From positions 91,033 through 155,032 of the forward strand of contig CAVPLU010000009.1 of the NCBI GenBank assembly GCA_963706285.1: DNA of 64,000 nucleotides, read 5' to 3'. This document shows, one piece after another, positions 1 through 10,327 of the stretch. Position 1 is the stretch's first letter. Each line of letters begins with the position of its first letter. Origin of the DNA: Candidatus Bathyarchaeota archaeon (GTDB taxonomy: Archaea; Thermoproteota; Bathyarchaeia; 40CM-2-53-6). The notes below the pieces were generated by a model. The model was not told the DNA's origin. It saw only the letters and a program-made list of their open reading frames with translations, and did no database searches. A program made the translations under genes and the position numbers.

Positions 1-294
1 AATACGCCGAACACTACGCCCCAACAACTGCCTCTGTACAACAACATCAGAATCAGTAATCAGATATGTGAAAGCGTTCCTACGAATAGCACCAACCAAC
101 ATACCCAAGATCCCCAAGCCAACCAATCCCAACGCCGCATACCTGAGGAGAGAATCAGCGGATGAAAGCGGAAACTCAAAAATGAAGCTCACACCGAAAA
201 CCACGATACCCAACAATACAACGAGAAAACCCTTCCAAGCGAACGGCACAAGACTCGGCTTGATTCTGATGCCTTGTTTCGCTTGAGCCGACAA
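1..294 (-). CDS. Membrane-anchored bacterial-type PH (bPH_2/YdbT-like) domain protein, truncated at window edge
   Basis: Manual translation from TTG at 294: MSAQAKQGIRIKPSLVPFAWKGFLVVLLGIVVFG...YAALGLVGLGILGMLVGAIRRNAFTYLITDSDVVVQRQLLGRSVRRI; two TM helices followed by a Y-x-IT...V-x-R pattern. Confidence 0.6.
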   Translation of the reverse strand, partial: MSAQAKQGIRIKPSLVPFAWKGFLVVLLGIVVFGVSFIFEFPLSSADSLLRYAALGLVGLGILGMLVGAIRRNAFTYLITDSDVVVQRQLLGRSVRRI

Positions 295-587
295 AACTTT
301 TCGTTTCAAAGAATCATGAAATTGCTCGGATAAGGTTTTCTATTCTCAATTGAGTTGAAGTTCAGCCGGGTCCCACCTACGAGAACAGGACCACAGCTAC
401 GACACGATTTCCGAGACGTACATTCCGTTCGGAGTCTTCAATTCGTAGTGGACTGTTTTCGCAAGTACCACGTCAGAGCACGTCAAAAATCCGACTGCCA
501 CGTTCCCCACTCAAAACCGTTCTTACTATATCTCTGACTCTCTTGGTGCACACAACACTCTTGGCATTGTGTGGCGAAAGAGTCTCT

Positions 588-1019
588 TCAGACGAAACCA
601 GTCGCCAATATAGCAAGCGCAGCCAGTGCTCCGATAACCATGCCTACCGCCACTTCAGTTGGCGTGTGGCCTAGCGAATAATGCACGGGCGGCGTTCTGA
701 CATGCGCCAGACGTATGATGCTGTTTATTGTCTTTCCCTCCTCGCCAGCTGTGCGACGCACGCCCAACGAATCCCGTATAACAACGACCGCAAGAACGAC
801 GGCCACGACGAATATCGAGTTCCGCCACCCTTCTGTCCAAAGGATAGAGAGGCAAAGCGCAGTGACAGTTGCCGAATGGGCGCTCGGCATACCGCCCGTC
901 ACCACAATGTCCTCAAGTGACAGACGTTGGCGATGACTCAATCTGATGAGTGACAGTTTCAGACCCTGCGCAACCGTCAGCGCGAGCACAACTGAACCAA
1001 ACACCCCAGGAACGTCCAT
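588..1019 (-). CDS. Divergent PAP2 family (DUF212) membrane protein
   Basis: GGMPSAHSA, D-S-x-GVRR-x-AG and LGHTPTEV motifs. Confidence 0.85.
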   Translation of the reverse strand: MDVPGVFGSVVLALTVAQGLKLSLIRLSHRQRLSLEDIVVTGGMPSAHSATVTALCLSILWTEGWRNSIFVVAVVLAVVVIRDSLGVRRTAGEEGKTINSIIRLAHVRTPPVHYSLGHTPTEVAVGMVIGALAALAILATGFV

Positions 1020-1183
1020 GGCTTGTCGAAGAGGTTTTAGAGCAAAAGGGTTTGTAAGTCATTCGTCCCAAAGCCTGTCGTGTCGTCGCTCAGGCTCTTC
1101 TTTGCTTGCGGACCACAAGACGCGCCCTTCGGAAATCAATCATTGATTGGTTGAGAACGCGGAGGGAAAGAAAGTCTCAACGA

Positions 1184-1324
1184 CTACTCTTTCTTTCTCT
1201 CTGTCTTTCTTCTCTCAGATTTCCACGTTGTTGCTTTCTCTATCTGGCGTCGCCCCTGTGTTGCTTTTCTGCCCTTCTGCGTCTCTCTTCGTAGTTTTTT
1301 CAATCTCCTTGTTCTCATTGACAT
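1184..1324 (-). CDS. Putative small Arg/Lys-rich protein (46 aa)
   Basis: Manual ORF MSMRTRRLKKLRRETQKGRKATQGRRQIEKATTWKSERRKTERKKE, co-oriented just downstream of the 1343-1642 gene. Confidence 0.3.
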   Translation of the reverse strand: MSMRTRRLKKLRRETQKGRKATQGRRQIEKATTWKSERRKTERKKE

Positions 1325-1342
1325 GGCAGAACCTCGTCTCCC

Positions 1343-1642
1343 TTACTTGAGGTCCCGGCGCCTCTGCCAAGAGTCGACCTGGTCTCTTGTGGGCTCATCT
1401 TCGTCGTTGTTTCCATTCTCTTCGTTGTCTCCGGCGTCTTGATCGGGTTCATGTTCTCCTTTCTTACGTCCGTGTATCTCGTATCCGCACCGAGAGCATT
1501 TGTAGTAGTTCTCGTAGTGGCTGAATTGCTTGTCTGTCTTTTCTCCAGCCTTGAAGTAGGGTCGGGCAAAAGCGAGCATGAGACCTTCGCCGCATTTGGG
1601 ACAAGGAATGGGACCTGTCATCTCTATCTTGTGTTCGGACAT
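1343..1642 (-). CDS. Small zinc-ribbon protein with acidic tail
   Basis: CPKCG...CSRCG pairs; D/E/N-rich C-terminal half. Confidence 0.55.
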   Translation of the reverse strand: MSEHKIEMTGPIPCPKCGEGLMLAFARPYFKAGEKTDKQFSHYENYYKCSRCGYEIHGRKKGEHEPDQDAGDNEENGNNDEDEPTRDQVDSWQRRRDLK

Positions 1643-1930
1643 GACCCTACACTCTACGCGATAGTTCTAGTTCAGGACCTCGATATAATACGGTACGATT
1701 AGGCACGGTGCGCATCAGGTTCCAAGTGATACTTCCCGAGTCTGCGACAGAGCCACATGATCACAAGCCTCGTCTTCGTTCTCTTTTCGTGTATGTGGCA
1801 TCAAGGGAACCCAACGACGTTCATTGTGCCGCCAATCGCTGTCAATCAGGGGTTCAGGGACTTCTCGCTTGCTCCGCAAAGCGTATTCATATAGGCTTCC
1901 TTCATAAGGTGCACCTCAAGTATCACTCAG

Positions 1931-2500
1931 GTGCACCCTCTGGCTAAACACGAATCGTACATCCATATAGAGAACGTCGTCGCGTCAGCCACACTGAACC
2001 AGAAGATTGACCTCAACTCGATTGTTCGGCTTTTTCCTGGCGTCGAATATAGGCCTGAGCAGTTCCCCGGACTCGTATACCGGCTGAAGAAGCCGAAGAC
2101 CGCGACGCTGATTTTCACCTCTGGGAAGATGGTTTGTACCGGAGCAAAGTCCGAGAGGCAATCAAGGAAGGCGGTCATGAAAGTTGTCGACGAACTCAAG
2201 AGGAACGGGATGATCATCCTTGGAAAGCCGGAAATCCAGATCCAGAACATTGTAGCCTCAGCGGGACTGGGAGGCCACATCGACTTAGAAAAGACAACGT
2301 ACTCTCTGAAGAGGACGATGTACGAGCCCGAACAGTTCCCAGGTCTAATCTACAGAATGGACGACCCGAAAGTAGTCATACTGATCTTTGCGAGCGGAAA
2401 GCTAGTGTGTACAGGCGCCAAGAAAGAGGCGGAAGTACCTAGAGCAATCGCAAAATTGCAGGAAACTCTGGAAGAGAAGGGCCTCATAACCTACGAGTAG
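1931..2500 (+). CDS. tbp: TATA-box binding protein (true start possibly CTG at 1940)
   Basis: Two direct repeats IENVVAS/IQNIVAS, Y-x-PEQFPGL, LIF-x-SGK-x-VCTGAK. Confidence 0.97.
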   Translation: MHPLAKHESYIHIENVVASATLNQKIDLNSIVRLFPGVEYRPEQFPGLVYRLKKPKTATLIFTSGKMVCTGAKSERQSRKAVMKVVDELKRNGMIILGKPEIQIQNIVASAGLGGHIDLEKTTYSLKRTMYEPEQFPGLIYRMDDPKVVILIFASGKLVCTGAKKEAEVPRAIAKLQETLEEKGLITYE

Positions 2501-2570
2501 TCCCGAGCTCGGTCGGGCGAATTAACACTGCTGAGCTTGCCAGACATATGTAATGCTTCACGTTTGTCGC

Positions 2571-2577
2571 AAAAAAA
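2571..2577 (-). terminator. Oligo-T terminator candidate for alba
   Basis: T7 run on minus strand ~40 bp after the alba stop, between convergent genes. Confidence 0.35.
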
Positions 2578-2619
2578 GAACTGGGGGGCTCTGTTGTCCT
2601 GGGCGGTTTGCTGTTGTGT

Positions 2620-2943
2620 TTAGGTTGTTTTTGTTACTGTGATTTCGATGGTTGAGACGTTTCGTACTTGTCCTTCCTCGCCCAGCTGTTCGGTTCCGAT
2701 ATTGATTTTTTTGACGTGAAGTTTGCCTTCGAAGAATCGTCTTCTGCATACTTCTACGACGTCTACGGCTGCTGATATGGCTCTCCCTCTTGCTTTGATT
2801 GTTACGTCGCCGCTGCCGCTGGTGAATTGCATTAAGATGGCTGTAACGTAGGCCATGATGGGTTTTTGTCCGATGAAAATGGTGTTGGAGGGGATTCCAC
2901 TCTGGCTAGGAGGGGTTGGTGGTACTTTTTGTTGTTCTGTCAT
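2620..2943 (-). CDS. albA: DNA/RNA-binding protein Alba
   Basis: IFIGQKP-x-MAYV, IKARGRAISAAVDVVE, RNVSTIEI; ATG at 2943. Confidence 0.95.
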   Translation of the reverse strand: MTEQQKVPPTPPSQSGIPSNTIFIGQKPIMAYVTAILMQFTSGSGDVTIKARGRAISAAVDVVEVCRRRFFEGKLHVKKINIGTEQLGEEGQVRNVSTIEITVTKTT

Positions 2944-3271
2944 GTTCTGTTCACCACTTTTTGCTTTTGTTACACATTGGATAGGACGCACGGTCCGAAT
3001 CCACTGTATACATCCATGGATACCGTTGCCGTCCACTTAAGTATCCTAGGTTCGGTTGACACGCGCCACACATATTCCGCGAATTCTCCCCTCTCAAGAG
3101 GCTGCCCTACGTACGCGTGAGGAAAGTGTACGTCCCCTAACAACCTAACAACAACGGCAAGTCTAATGTTGACTATAACCCGGGAAGGCGACCAACAGCA
3201 ACCCGGTCAGACTCCGCTGAGAATGCTCCCGACATTGTGGCAGCTGTAGTTGGAGGTGAAACGAAGCGGCC

Positions 3272-3508
3272 TTAGGTTCCTTCCATAGTCATCAAGGTCA
3301 GCGATGATCTGAGGTTCTTGAGCTTGCGGACCTTCGAAGTTATGACTTCTTTCAGTTCTTTCATCGTCTCCGCCTCGACTTTCGCGACGATATCATATAC
3401 GCCATATACGGCATGGGCTTCGCTAACGCTGTTGAGCTTTCTGAGTTCCCTCAGAAGTTCGTCTTCTGAGCCGACCTCAGCGTTAATCAAGACGATGGCT
3501 AGGGGCAT
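3272..3508 (-). CDS. Lrp/AsnC ligand-binding (RAM) domain protein
   Basis: AIVLINAEVG, VYGVYDIVAKVEA pattern. Confidence 0.9.
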   Translation of the reverse strand: MPLAIVLINAEVGSEDELLRELRKLNSVSEAHAVYGVYDIVAKVEAETMKELKEVITSKVRKLKNLRSSLTLMTMEGT

Positions 3509-3806
3509 CGTTTGGATACCTACTTCCTAGAAACGCCACGGCCGTGCCGGGTAAAAAGGAGTTTGGTGCAACCGATCCATTCATTCTCTTTCAACGAGAA
3601 GCCTTGACGAACTTCATCTGATTATTCATATGATGGAGTGAAGAGAATTCGAATACTTCGCAACCGATGAAATATTGTAGTTAGAACCGTTCATTTGTGT
3701 GGGGGAGGTTGGTGCTTGAGCTGTGTCCATGATTTCTCATTAGGTATCATAGGCATTGGACTTGAACGGGATATTGATTTTACGAGCTTGACAGATGACT
3801 CACGCG

Positions 3807-4070
3807 CTAGACGGCTTTGTAGTATACTATCCTGCCGAACTTTCTCACGTCAACCTTACCCTCCCGAAACAAGTTATCTAGCGTCATAATGACACAGGCA
3901 ACTATCGCCGCACCAGTCATTGGTTTCATGAGCGAATCTTTCATCACTTCGTTTCCAATCTCCTTCCCTGAGTAGGCTTTGTCACGATCCCTCGTTAGGA
4001 ATTCAAGAACTGTGGCTTCCATTGATACGATACGTCCAGCCTTTTCCCATTCTGCCTTGCCAATTGGCAA
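3807..4070 (-). CDS. Small winged-helix protein
   Basis: VLEFL...KAYS-x-KEI...LDNL-x-REGKV...YY wHTH-like pattern. Confidence 0.6.
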   Translation of the reverse strand: MPIGKAEWEKAGRIVSMEATVLEFLTRDRDKAYSGKEIGNEVMKDSLMKPMTGAAIVACVIMTLDNLFREGKVDVRKFGRIVYYKAV

Positions 4071-4374
4071 TCCAAGAAACGCCTGTCATAGATAGCGCCG
4101 AGTAGCGTTAGTAAGACAATCGGTAGAGCTCGAATAGTCTCTTAATCAAGCGGCCTAGCTTTCTTCGTTCTACTCAGATGACCCTGCTCGGCTTAGCTGC
4201 GGATTCGTTCTAGATCTGATATCTTACTCTCAAAAGTCCGGATGTCTTTGGCCACGAGGCCATCCTGTAGTCCGAAGCTCATCCACTACTTTCTTTGTGG
4301 GTCCGTCGCTTGTCCGACTCCGACAAAACGATCTCGATTTACCTCGCCCCAGGCCCATAGGGCTTGGTGAAAAG

Positions 4375-4552
4375 TGCGGGGGGTGGGATTCGAACCCACG
4401 AAGGCCTACGCCACAGGGTCTCCCAGATCCTCGGTGGTCCCGAGGGATCACCTAAGCTTGGCACCACGCGACTTCGAGGTCGCAGAGTCCTGCCCCTTAG
4501 ACCTGGTTCCCGCCTGGTTCGTTCAACTCGCCAGAGACTCGGGTACCCCCGC
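4375..4552 (-). tRNA. tRNA-Leu(UAG) with three BHB introns (15/16, 30/31, 37/38)
   Basis: Exons 4552-4538, 4506-4489, 4457-4451 and 4419-4375 join to an 85-nt cloverleaf: GCGGGGG/CCCCCGC acceptor, CAGGG/CCCTG anticodon stem, long variable arm, GTTCGAATC; each intron flanked by a 4-bp central helix and 3-nt bulges. Confidence 0.93.
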
Positions 4553-4850
4553 TCATCAGCTCCTGTTTCTACTCACCAGCAGAATATTATCTCTTCGAAG
4601 TCGGCTTCGAGATCGGCATCTATCTATTCGTTCTATCGGAGCAGGAACCAGAGTAGTTCTGGGAAGGCCTTCGGAATATGAGCTCTGTTACATTCTCATC
4701 TGGCGTAAGAGTGCTAATATTCGTCTGCATGAAAGCAGGTTCTTCACGCAACCATCGTTTCATATCGAATCTTCGACGCGTTAGCGATGACGGGCACTGA
4801 TCGGATGAGGGTCCTCGCCCGCTTGAACAATGATTCCAAGTATGTGATAT

Positions 4851-5046
4851 CATTCAACATTCAAGGAGAAAGTCCGGCCAGCAAGAGGCATCAAGACAAC
4901 TGATACCGCAATCCTAGATGGACAACGCATCTACTACAACCACATACGCCCACATCAAGGACTGACGGAAAAACACCGCACAAGTCGCAGGACTCGAACT
5001 AGACCTTAGGCGTGAACAAGTGGGAATCCCTAATCAAGAAGGCATG
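4851..5046 (+). pseudogene. C-terminal remnant of a DDE-type (IS6/rve-like) archaeal transposase
   Basis: Frameshifted translation HSTFKEKVRPARGIKTTDTAILDGQRIYYNHIRPHQGL/GKTP/QVAGLELDL/GVNKWESLIKKA matches the YYN-x-x-RPH-x-x-L-x-GKTP transposase C-terminus. Confidence 0.75.
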
Positions 5047-5744
5047 CCAGCGAGTTCGAGTGATATACAGATTCAGAATGCCACGCGTGTCTTTCTCGAC
5101 TAACACTACTGATGCTTCCCAACGAATTCGAGTCCACTAAGCCATGAAACGAACACCATAAGTACCATTGACGAAATCGCGAAGCATACCGCGAGCAATA
5201 CTTGACTCACTTCTGGATCGAAAAATGCAAACTCCACAACGGCGATACTTGAGCAGACTCAGAGATGTTGCATTCAAGTCTGGCAGAACTCTCCAGCGCA
5301 TTCATGCGAGCATCAATCCTCGTAATGTCAGTCTTGAGGACTCTGATCTCTGCTATCTGCTCAGAGTCGGCTGAGAGCAATACTAAGAAGAGTGCTACGA
5401 CGAACGCCGTAACAACCTAGTAAGACGCAAAGCTAGACAGTGCTACTGTCAAGCCACTGAAGTGCAAGTCATCTTGCTTCATCGATTCTAGTGCAAGTAG
5501 CAATGAGCTGCAACTAATCGCAGGTCACGCTGACACCATCAGAACTACATTGAGTCGTCATACCCGTAGCAAGCAGTGTTGACGCCAACTGCATGACATA
5601 TGTCCGACGGAGAACGAGGTCAGTTGCCACTCGATGAGTTCAGCTTGAGCTAAGACAGGCTAATTCGTGTCGACGCGAACTTGACTCCGTGAACGTGTCT
5701 CAGCTTGACATACGAGCGTGGCTCCATGAGTAACACCCCCCAAC

Positions 5745-5982
5745 AGTTAACAGGGACCGATATATGGACAAGCCACCCAAACAACTTACCAGAACCCCTG
5801 GGACCCCCTCCCCTAGGAGAGGGGATAACCGGTTCAGATAGTTGGCACGAGGATTCTATCGAAAGGTGACTTGTCGACTATCCTGCTGATCATGAAACGC
5901 TCAAACGAAACAAGTCATGCGATCTCTTCTGGTGAGCCGTGAGTTAACAGGTCGGACGGTGAATCGACAAGTTACCAGAACC
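5745..5982. repeat. Cluster of direct and inverted short repeats upstream of rpl10e
   Basis: AGTTAACAGG at 5745 and 5942; ACAA(C/G)TTACCAGAACC at 5781 and 5967; inverted GGTGACTTGTCGA at 5865; hairpin at 5805-5824. Confidence 0.55.
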
Positions 5983-6042
5983 TGAGTGAGCAATAGATAT
6001 TAGTGGCAGTCTGGGTGAGGCTATGTCTTCGCCGAGTGAAGA

Positions 6043-6558
6043 GTGTTGAAAGGTCGCAACTATAGGACGCCTCGCGGTCAGCCGTACACGCGCCACAAGT
6101 ACATTCACGGCTCACCCGCACTGCGAATCTCCAAGTTCACCATGGGTGACACGAAGTCGAGCTTTGACTATAAGGTCAGCCTGGTTGTGCAGGCTCCAAT
6201 CCAGATTCGTCACAATGCGCTTGAGGCGGCCCGTGTCGCCGCGAACAAGGTCCTCTTCGACACGCTTGGCGAGACAGGTTACATTGTCCGCCTTAGACCG
6301 TACCCACATATCGTTCTCAGAGAGAACCGTATGATAGCCACTGCAGGCGCCGACCGACTCCAGGAAGGAATGCGAAGAGCTTTCGGAAAACCAACCAGTC
6401 GAGCAGCCCGTATGCGAGCCGGACAGCCGATTCTGGACCTCTATGTCAATCAATCTTATGTCGATCTCGCGAAAGAAGCTCTCAAAGTGAGTTCGAGCAA
6501 ACTCGGAGCCACCTGCAGGGTCGTAGTGGAGCGATCTGTGCCTCAGTCGGCCGCCTAG
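6043..6558 (+). CDS. rpl10e: 50S ribosomal protein L10e (uL16)
   Basis: QIRHNALEAARVAAN, ATAGADRLQEGMRRAFGKP. Confidence 0.96.
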   Translation: MLKGRNYRTPRGQPYTRHKYIHGSPALRISKFTMGDTKSSFDYKVSLVVQAPIQIRHNALEAARVAANKVLFDTLGETGYIVRLRPYPHIVLRENRMIATAGADRLQEGMRRAFGKPTSRAARMRAGQPILDLYVNQSYVDLAKEALKVSSSKLGATCRVVVERSVPQSAA

Positions 6559-6722
6559 AACTAGACAAGGACTAGACATTAGTCAGGTGCCTTGGTAAGG
6601 ACGAGTCAATACTAGGACCCTATCACGGGTTTCTCCGGCACCTCAATTGTTGCTCGGCCAATCGAGTTCGGATGTGATGATTTATTAGCGATGCAGACGG
6701 AATTTCAGGAACGGTGCAATGA

Positions 6723-9081
6723 GTGGCGCCCTCTAACAAGCAAACGGCGCTGATGCTTTGGTTCAACGAGGTTACGAAAGAGGACGTTCCCCTAGTGGGC
6801 GGCAAGTCCGCAAGTCTAGGTGAGATGACGTCAAAGACGAAAGTTCCAGTCCCTTACGGTTTTGCGCTTACAGCTGAGGCCTTCCGGCTGTTCGTCAGAA
6901 AGAACGGACTGGACAGGAAGATTGTTGACGCGCTGGAGCCTCTTGAGTGATTCAAATGACACTGTTATGCTCCAGAAGGTTGGCGCTGAACTCAGGAAGA
7001 TGGTTATTTCGGCTCAAATGCCGAAAGAGCTTGAAAGAGTCATAGTTGATGCCTATCACGACTTAGCCGTGCATGAGAAGGTCAAGAATCCGTTCGTCGC
7101 AATTAGAAGCTCCGCTACAGCGGAGGATCTGCCCGACGCGAGTTTCGCTGGTCAACAGGAAAGTTATCTGAACATCACAGGGGCGAACGACGTGGTTGAC
7201 AAAGTGCGGGAATGTTATGCTAGCTTGTTCACCGATCGTGCAATCTTCTATAGAGTACAGAAAGGATTCGATCACCTTGACCTCGCTCTATCGGCGATCG
7301 TTCAGATGATGTGCTACGCCGAATCCAGCGGAGTAATGTTCTCGATTGATCCCACGGACGGCGACGATTCGGTGGTAATGATTGAAGCGAACTATGGGCT
7401 GGGCGAGTACGTGGTCCAGGGCCGAGTGACTCCGGATAACTACTATGTAGATAAGGAGACGCTTAAGGTCGTTCGCAAGAATATCCCAACGAAGACTGTC
7501 ATGCTCATACCGAAACCTGAAGGCGGAACAGAGGACAGACAGGTTCCGGATTCGTTGAAGAATCGTCAAGTCATCAGTGACGAACAAGTGATAGAGCTCG
7601 CGAAGTATGCTCTCATGATAGAGCAGCATTATGGTCGACCAATGGACATCGAGTGGGGATTCGATAGGCAAACCGGCAAACTTCTGATACTGCAAGCACG
7701 GCCTGAAACCGTTTGGTCCTTTAAGAAACGCCCGATGGAGAAGTTGGCAACTTTCACGACTGAGAGAAAGATCCTCGTCAAAGGTCTGCCAGCTTCACCA
7801 GGGGTCATTGCGGGCAAAGTTCATCTAATCCCGTCAGCAGAGCATGTGAGTGAGTTCCAAGCTGGCGAGGTTCTCGTAACTGAGATGACTGCGCCCGATT
7901 GGGTTCCGGCTATGAAGAAGGCGAAGGCGATCATTACGGACAGCGGTGGTATGACTTGTCACGCCGCAATCGTTAGTAGAGAACTCGGAATTCCATGTAT
8001 CGTAGGATCTAAGAATGGTACCAAGGTTCTTGCAACAGGAATGGATGTTACCGTGGACGCGAAAAGAGGAGTCGTATACGAGGGAATAATGAAGGAGGCT
8101 ATGACGCCTCAAGTTCAGCAGGGGTCAGCTTCTGGCTCGGCTGGATTCTATGAGGCGCCAGTGACCGGAACAAAGATCTTCGTCAACCTCGGCGAACCAG
8201 AACTTGCGGAGAAAGTAGCTCTGCTCCCATCCGACGGTGTCGGTCTTCTGCGTATGGAATTCATCGTCAACGACCACATCAAGAAGCATCCAATGTGGCT
8301 GATTGAGAACAAGCATCCCGAGGAGTTTGTCGACAAACTCGCTGAAGGGCTCGCCACATTCTGCAGAGCCTTCCATCCGCGACCGGTAGTGCTCAGATTC
8401 AGCGACTTCAAGACAAACGAGTATGCCAAGTTGGAGGGCGGAGAGAAATACGAAAGCGGAATAAAGGAAGCAAATCCGCTGCTCGGTTTCAGGGGAGCCA
8501 GCCGCTATACCGATCCAAAGTTCGAGCCAGCATTCAGGCTCGAGATCGCTGCTGTGAAGAAAGTCAGAAACGAGATGGGCCTCAAGAACCTCTGGTGCAT
8601 GATCCCATTCAACAGGACAGTCGAGGAGTTCGTCAAGGTCCGCGAGCTGCTTCAGCGCGAAGGTCTCCGACAAGATGAGGACTTCAAACTCTGGATCATG
8701 GCGGAGATACCAAGCAATATACTCCTAGCCGACGAATTCTGCAAGGCTGGCGCCGACGGCTTCTCGATCGGCAGCAACGATCTCACCATGCTCATACTTG
8801 GCGCGGACAGAGACAATGAGATTCTGGCGCCCCTTTTTGACGAGAGAAACCTCGCAGTCAAGCGGGCAATTAAGAGTCTGATAGAGACAGCTCATCAGTA
8901 TGGTAAGACAGTCAGCATCTGCGGACAGGCTCCGAGCGTATACCCAGAGTTCACGAGATTCCTAGTCGAAGCAGGCATTGACAGCGTGTCCGTCAACCCC
9001 GACGCTGTTGTGCAAACTAGGAAGCTTGTGGCACAGGTCGAGCAGAGAATCCTCCTTGAGAAAGTCACCCGGCAACGTTGA
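6723..9081 (+). CDS. ppsA: Phosphoenolpyruvate synthase (one apparent +1 indel near 6945)
   Basis: VGGKSASLGEM, RSSATAEDLPDASFAGQ, TCHAAIVSRELG (phospho-His), GFSIGSNDL, SICGQAPS. Confidence 0.95.
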
Positions 9082-9278
9082 AGACAGCCCCAACAACGGA
9101 CCTCCGTGCGCACGATAGGCACTCAAGGGCCCTTCTATGGAGGGGTTTAGTCAATCGGAAATTGCATTTGAGACGCTAATCCAAACAGGCTACTTCTGGC
9201 CTGAGGTAATCGTGGAGCCATATTGCTGGCCATGTGATTCGTGCATACGAGATTCTGGCCAACATAGGGCCAGCGTAT

Positions 9279-9626
9279 TCAGGTCGGTTCCAAGAAACGG
9301 TCGAGCACGTTCCTGACATCCTGCTTAGCAACCGCTCCAACGATGCGCTCAACTTCGGTTCCTCCTTGCAGTAGCAGGAGTGTTGGAATTCCCATAATCC
9401 CAAAGCGTTCGGTCGTTGCAGGGTTCTCGTCAGTGTTTAGTTTTCCAAAGATGACTCTGTCTGCATATTCTTCCGCGAGTTCTTCGATGACAGGTGCCAT
9501 CGCCATGCATGGGCCGCACCAAGGTGCCCAAAAATCCACCACCATCAGATCGTATCGTTCAACGACCGGATCGAATCCGTCATCAGCAAGAGTGATCGGC
9601 TGTGCAGTGTTTTGCTCTGACTCCAT
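9279..9626 (-). CDS. trxA: Thioredoxin
   Basis: DFWAPWCGPC motif, GIPT. Confidence 0.93.
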   Translation of the reverse strand: MESEQNTAQPITLADDGFDPVVERYDLMVVDFWAPWCGPCMAMAPVIEELAEEYADRVIFGKLNTDENPATTERFGIMGIPTLLLLQGGTEVERIVGAVAKQDVRNVLDRFLEPT

Positions 9627-9892
9627 GTGCAATGCCTCCACGATGCGGCGTACGGTGCTTGGCACCTGAATAAAAGAAGATCGTCACGATCATTGTTCTC
9701 GTCGAGTGATCAATCAATCCAATCATCTAATCTCATCCGCGTCCAATCTCGAACGAAGGCTCCACGAGTGGGGCATAGTTCCGTTTCTTCAGAGGACAAT
9801 CGTGAAGTTGACAGTTTCGGTGCTGACACATGCTGGGCATTTGCACAGCAGTTACACAACACCTTATTCACTCGCGAGCCCTAGGAGTGATC

Positions 9893-10291
9893 ATGCCGAT
9901 CAAGTACTTTCCCGCCTCCGACGTTAAAGACTTGACCGATCAATTGATTGAGGAATTGGGTTTCGTTCACATCCCAAAGGAAAGGGTCATCTGCATCAGG
10001 AGTGTCGGATCAAAATCTAGAGGGACTATCGCAAGAGTGCATTCTTTCCCGAAAGTCTGGCAGCGGGGGCTTGCCATGAAAGCACATTATGCAATTGAGG
10101 TTATCTCAGAACACTTCGATGACCTTTCGATGGCAGAACAAGAGAAGGTCATCATCCACGAGTTGCTTCATGTACCGAAGTGTTTTGGTGGTGGATTTCG
10201 ACACCATAGAGACTGGGTCACCAGGCATAGGGTCGATCGGCTTCATGCTGCCCTGGTTGCGGATCGCCTCAGGGACTCAAGCAACGGTTAA
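9893..10291 (+). CDS. Putative metallopeptidase (COG4900-like)
   Basis: IIHELLH-x-P zincin motif, RS-x-GSKS, GG-x-RHH. Confidence 0.8.
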   Translation: MPIKYFPASDVKDLTDQLIEELGFVHIPKERVICIRSVGSKSRGTIARVHSFPKVWQRGLAMKAHYAIEVISEHFDDLSMAEQEKVIIHELLHVPKCFGGGFRHHRDWVTRHRVDRLHAALVADRLRDSSNG

Positions 10292-10327
10292 TTCGAGGAC
10301 AGTTCGTGCGTTACCCCTCGTAGTCCC

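Noticed and set aside
3118-3130. GAGGAAAGT resembling the RNase P RNA conserved region
   Set aside because: Lacks the following CC and the matching 3' conserved segment
4781-4829. Possible H/ACA or C/D sRNA (CTGA-TCG-GATGA K-loop-like motif, terminal ACA)
   Set aside because: Weak stems, only ~12 nt between upper stem and ACA, and no identifiable target
4230-4853. ORF-track entries overlapping tRNA-Leu (likewise 45719-46071 over tRNA-Glu) and many antisense ORFs inside long genes
   Set aside because: Shadow ORFs with no recognisable motifs
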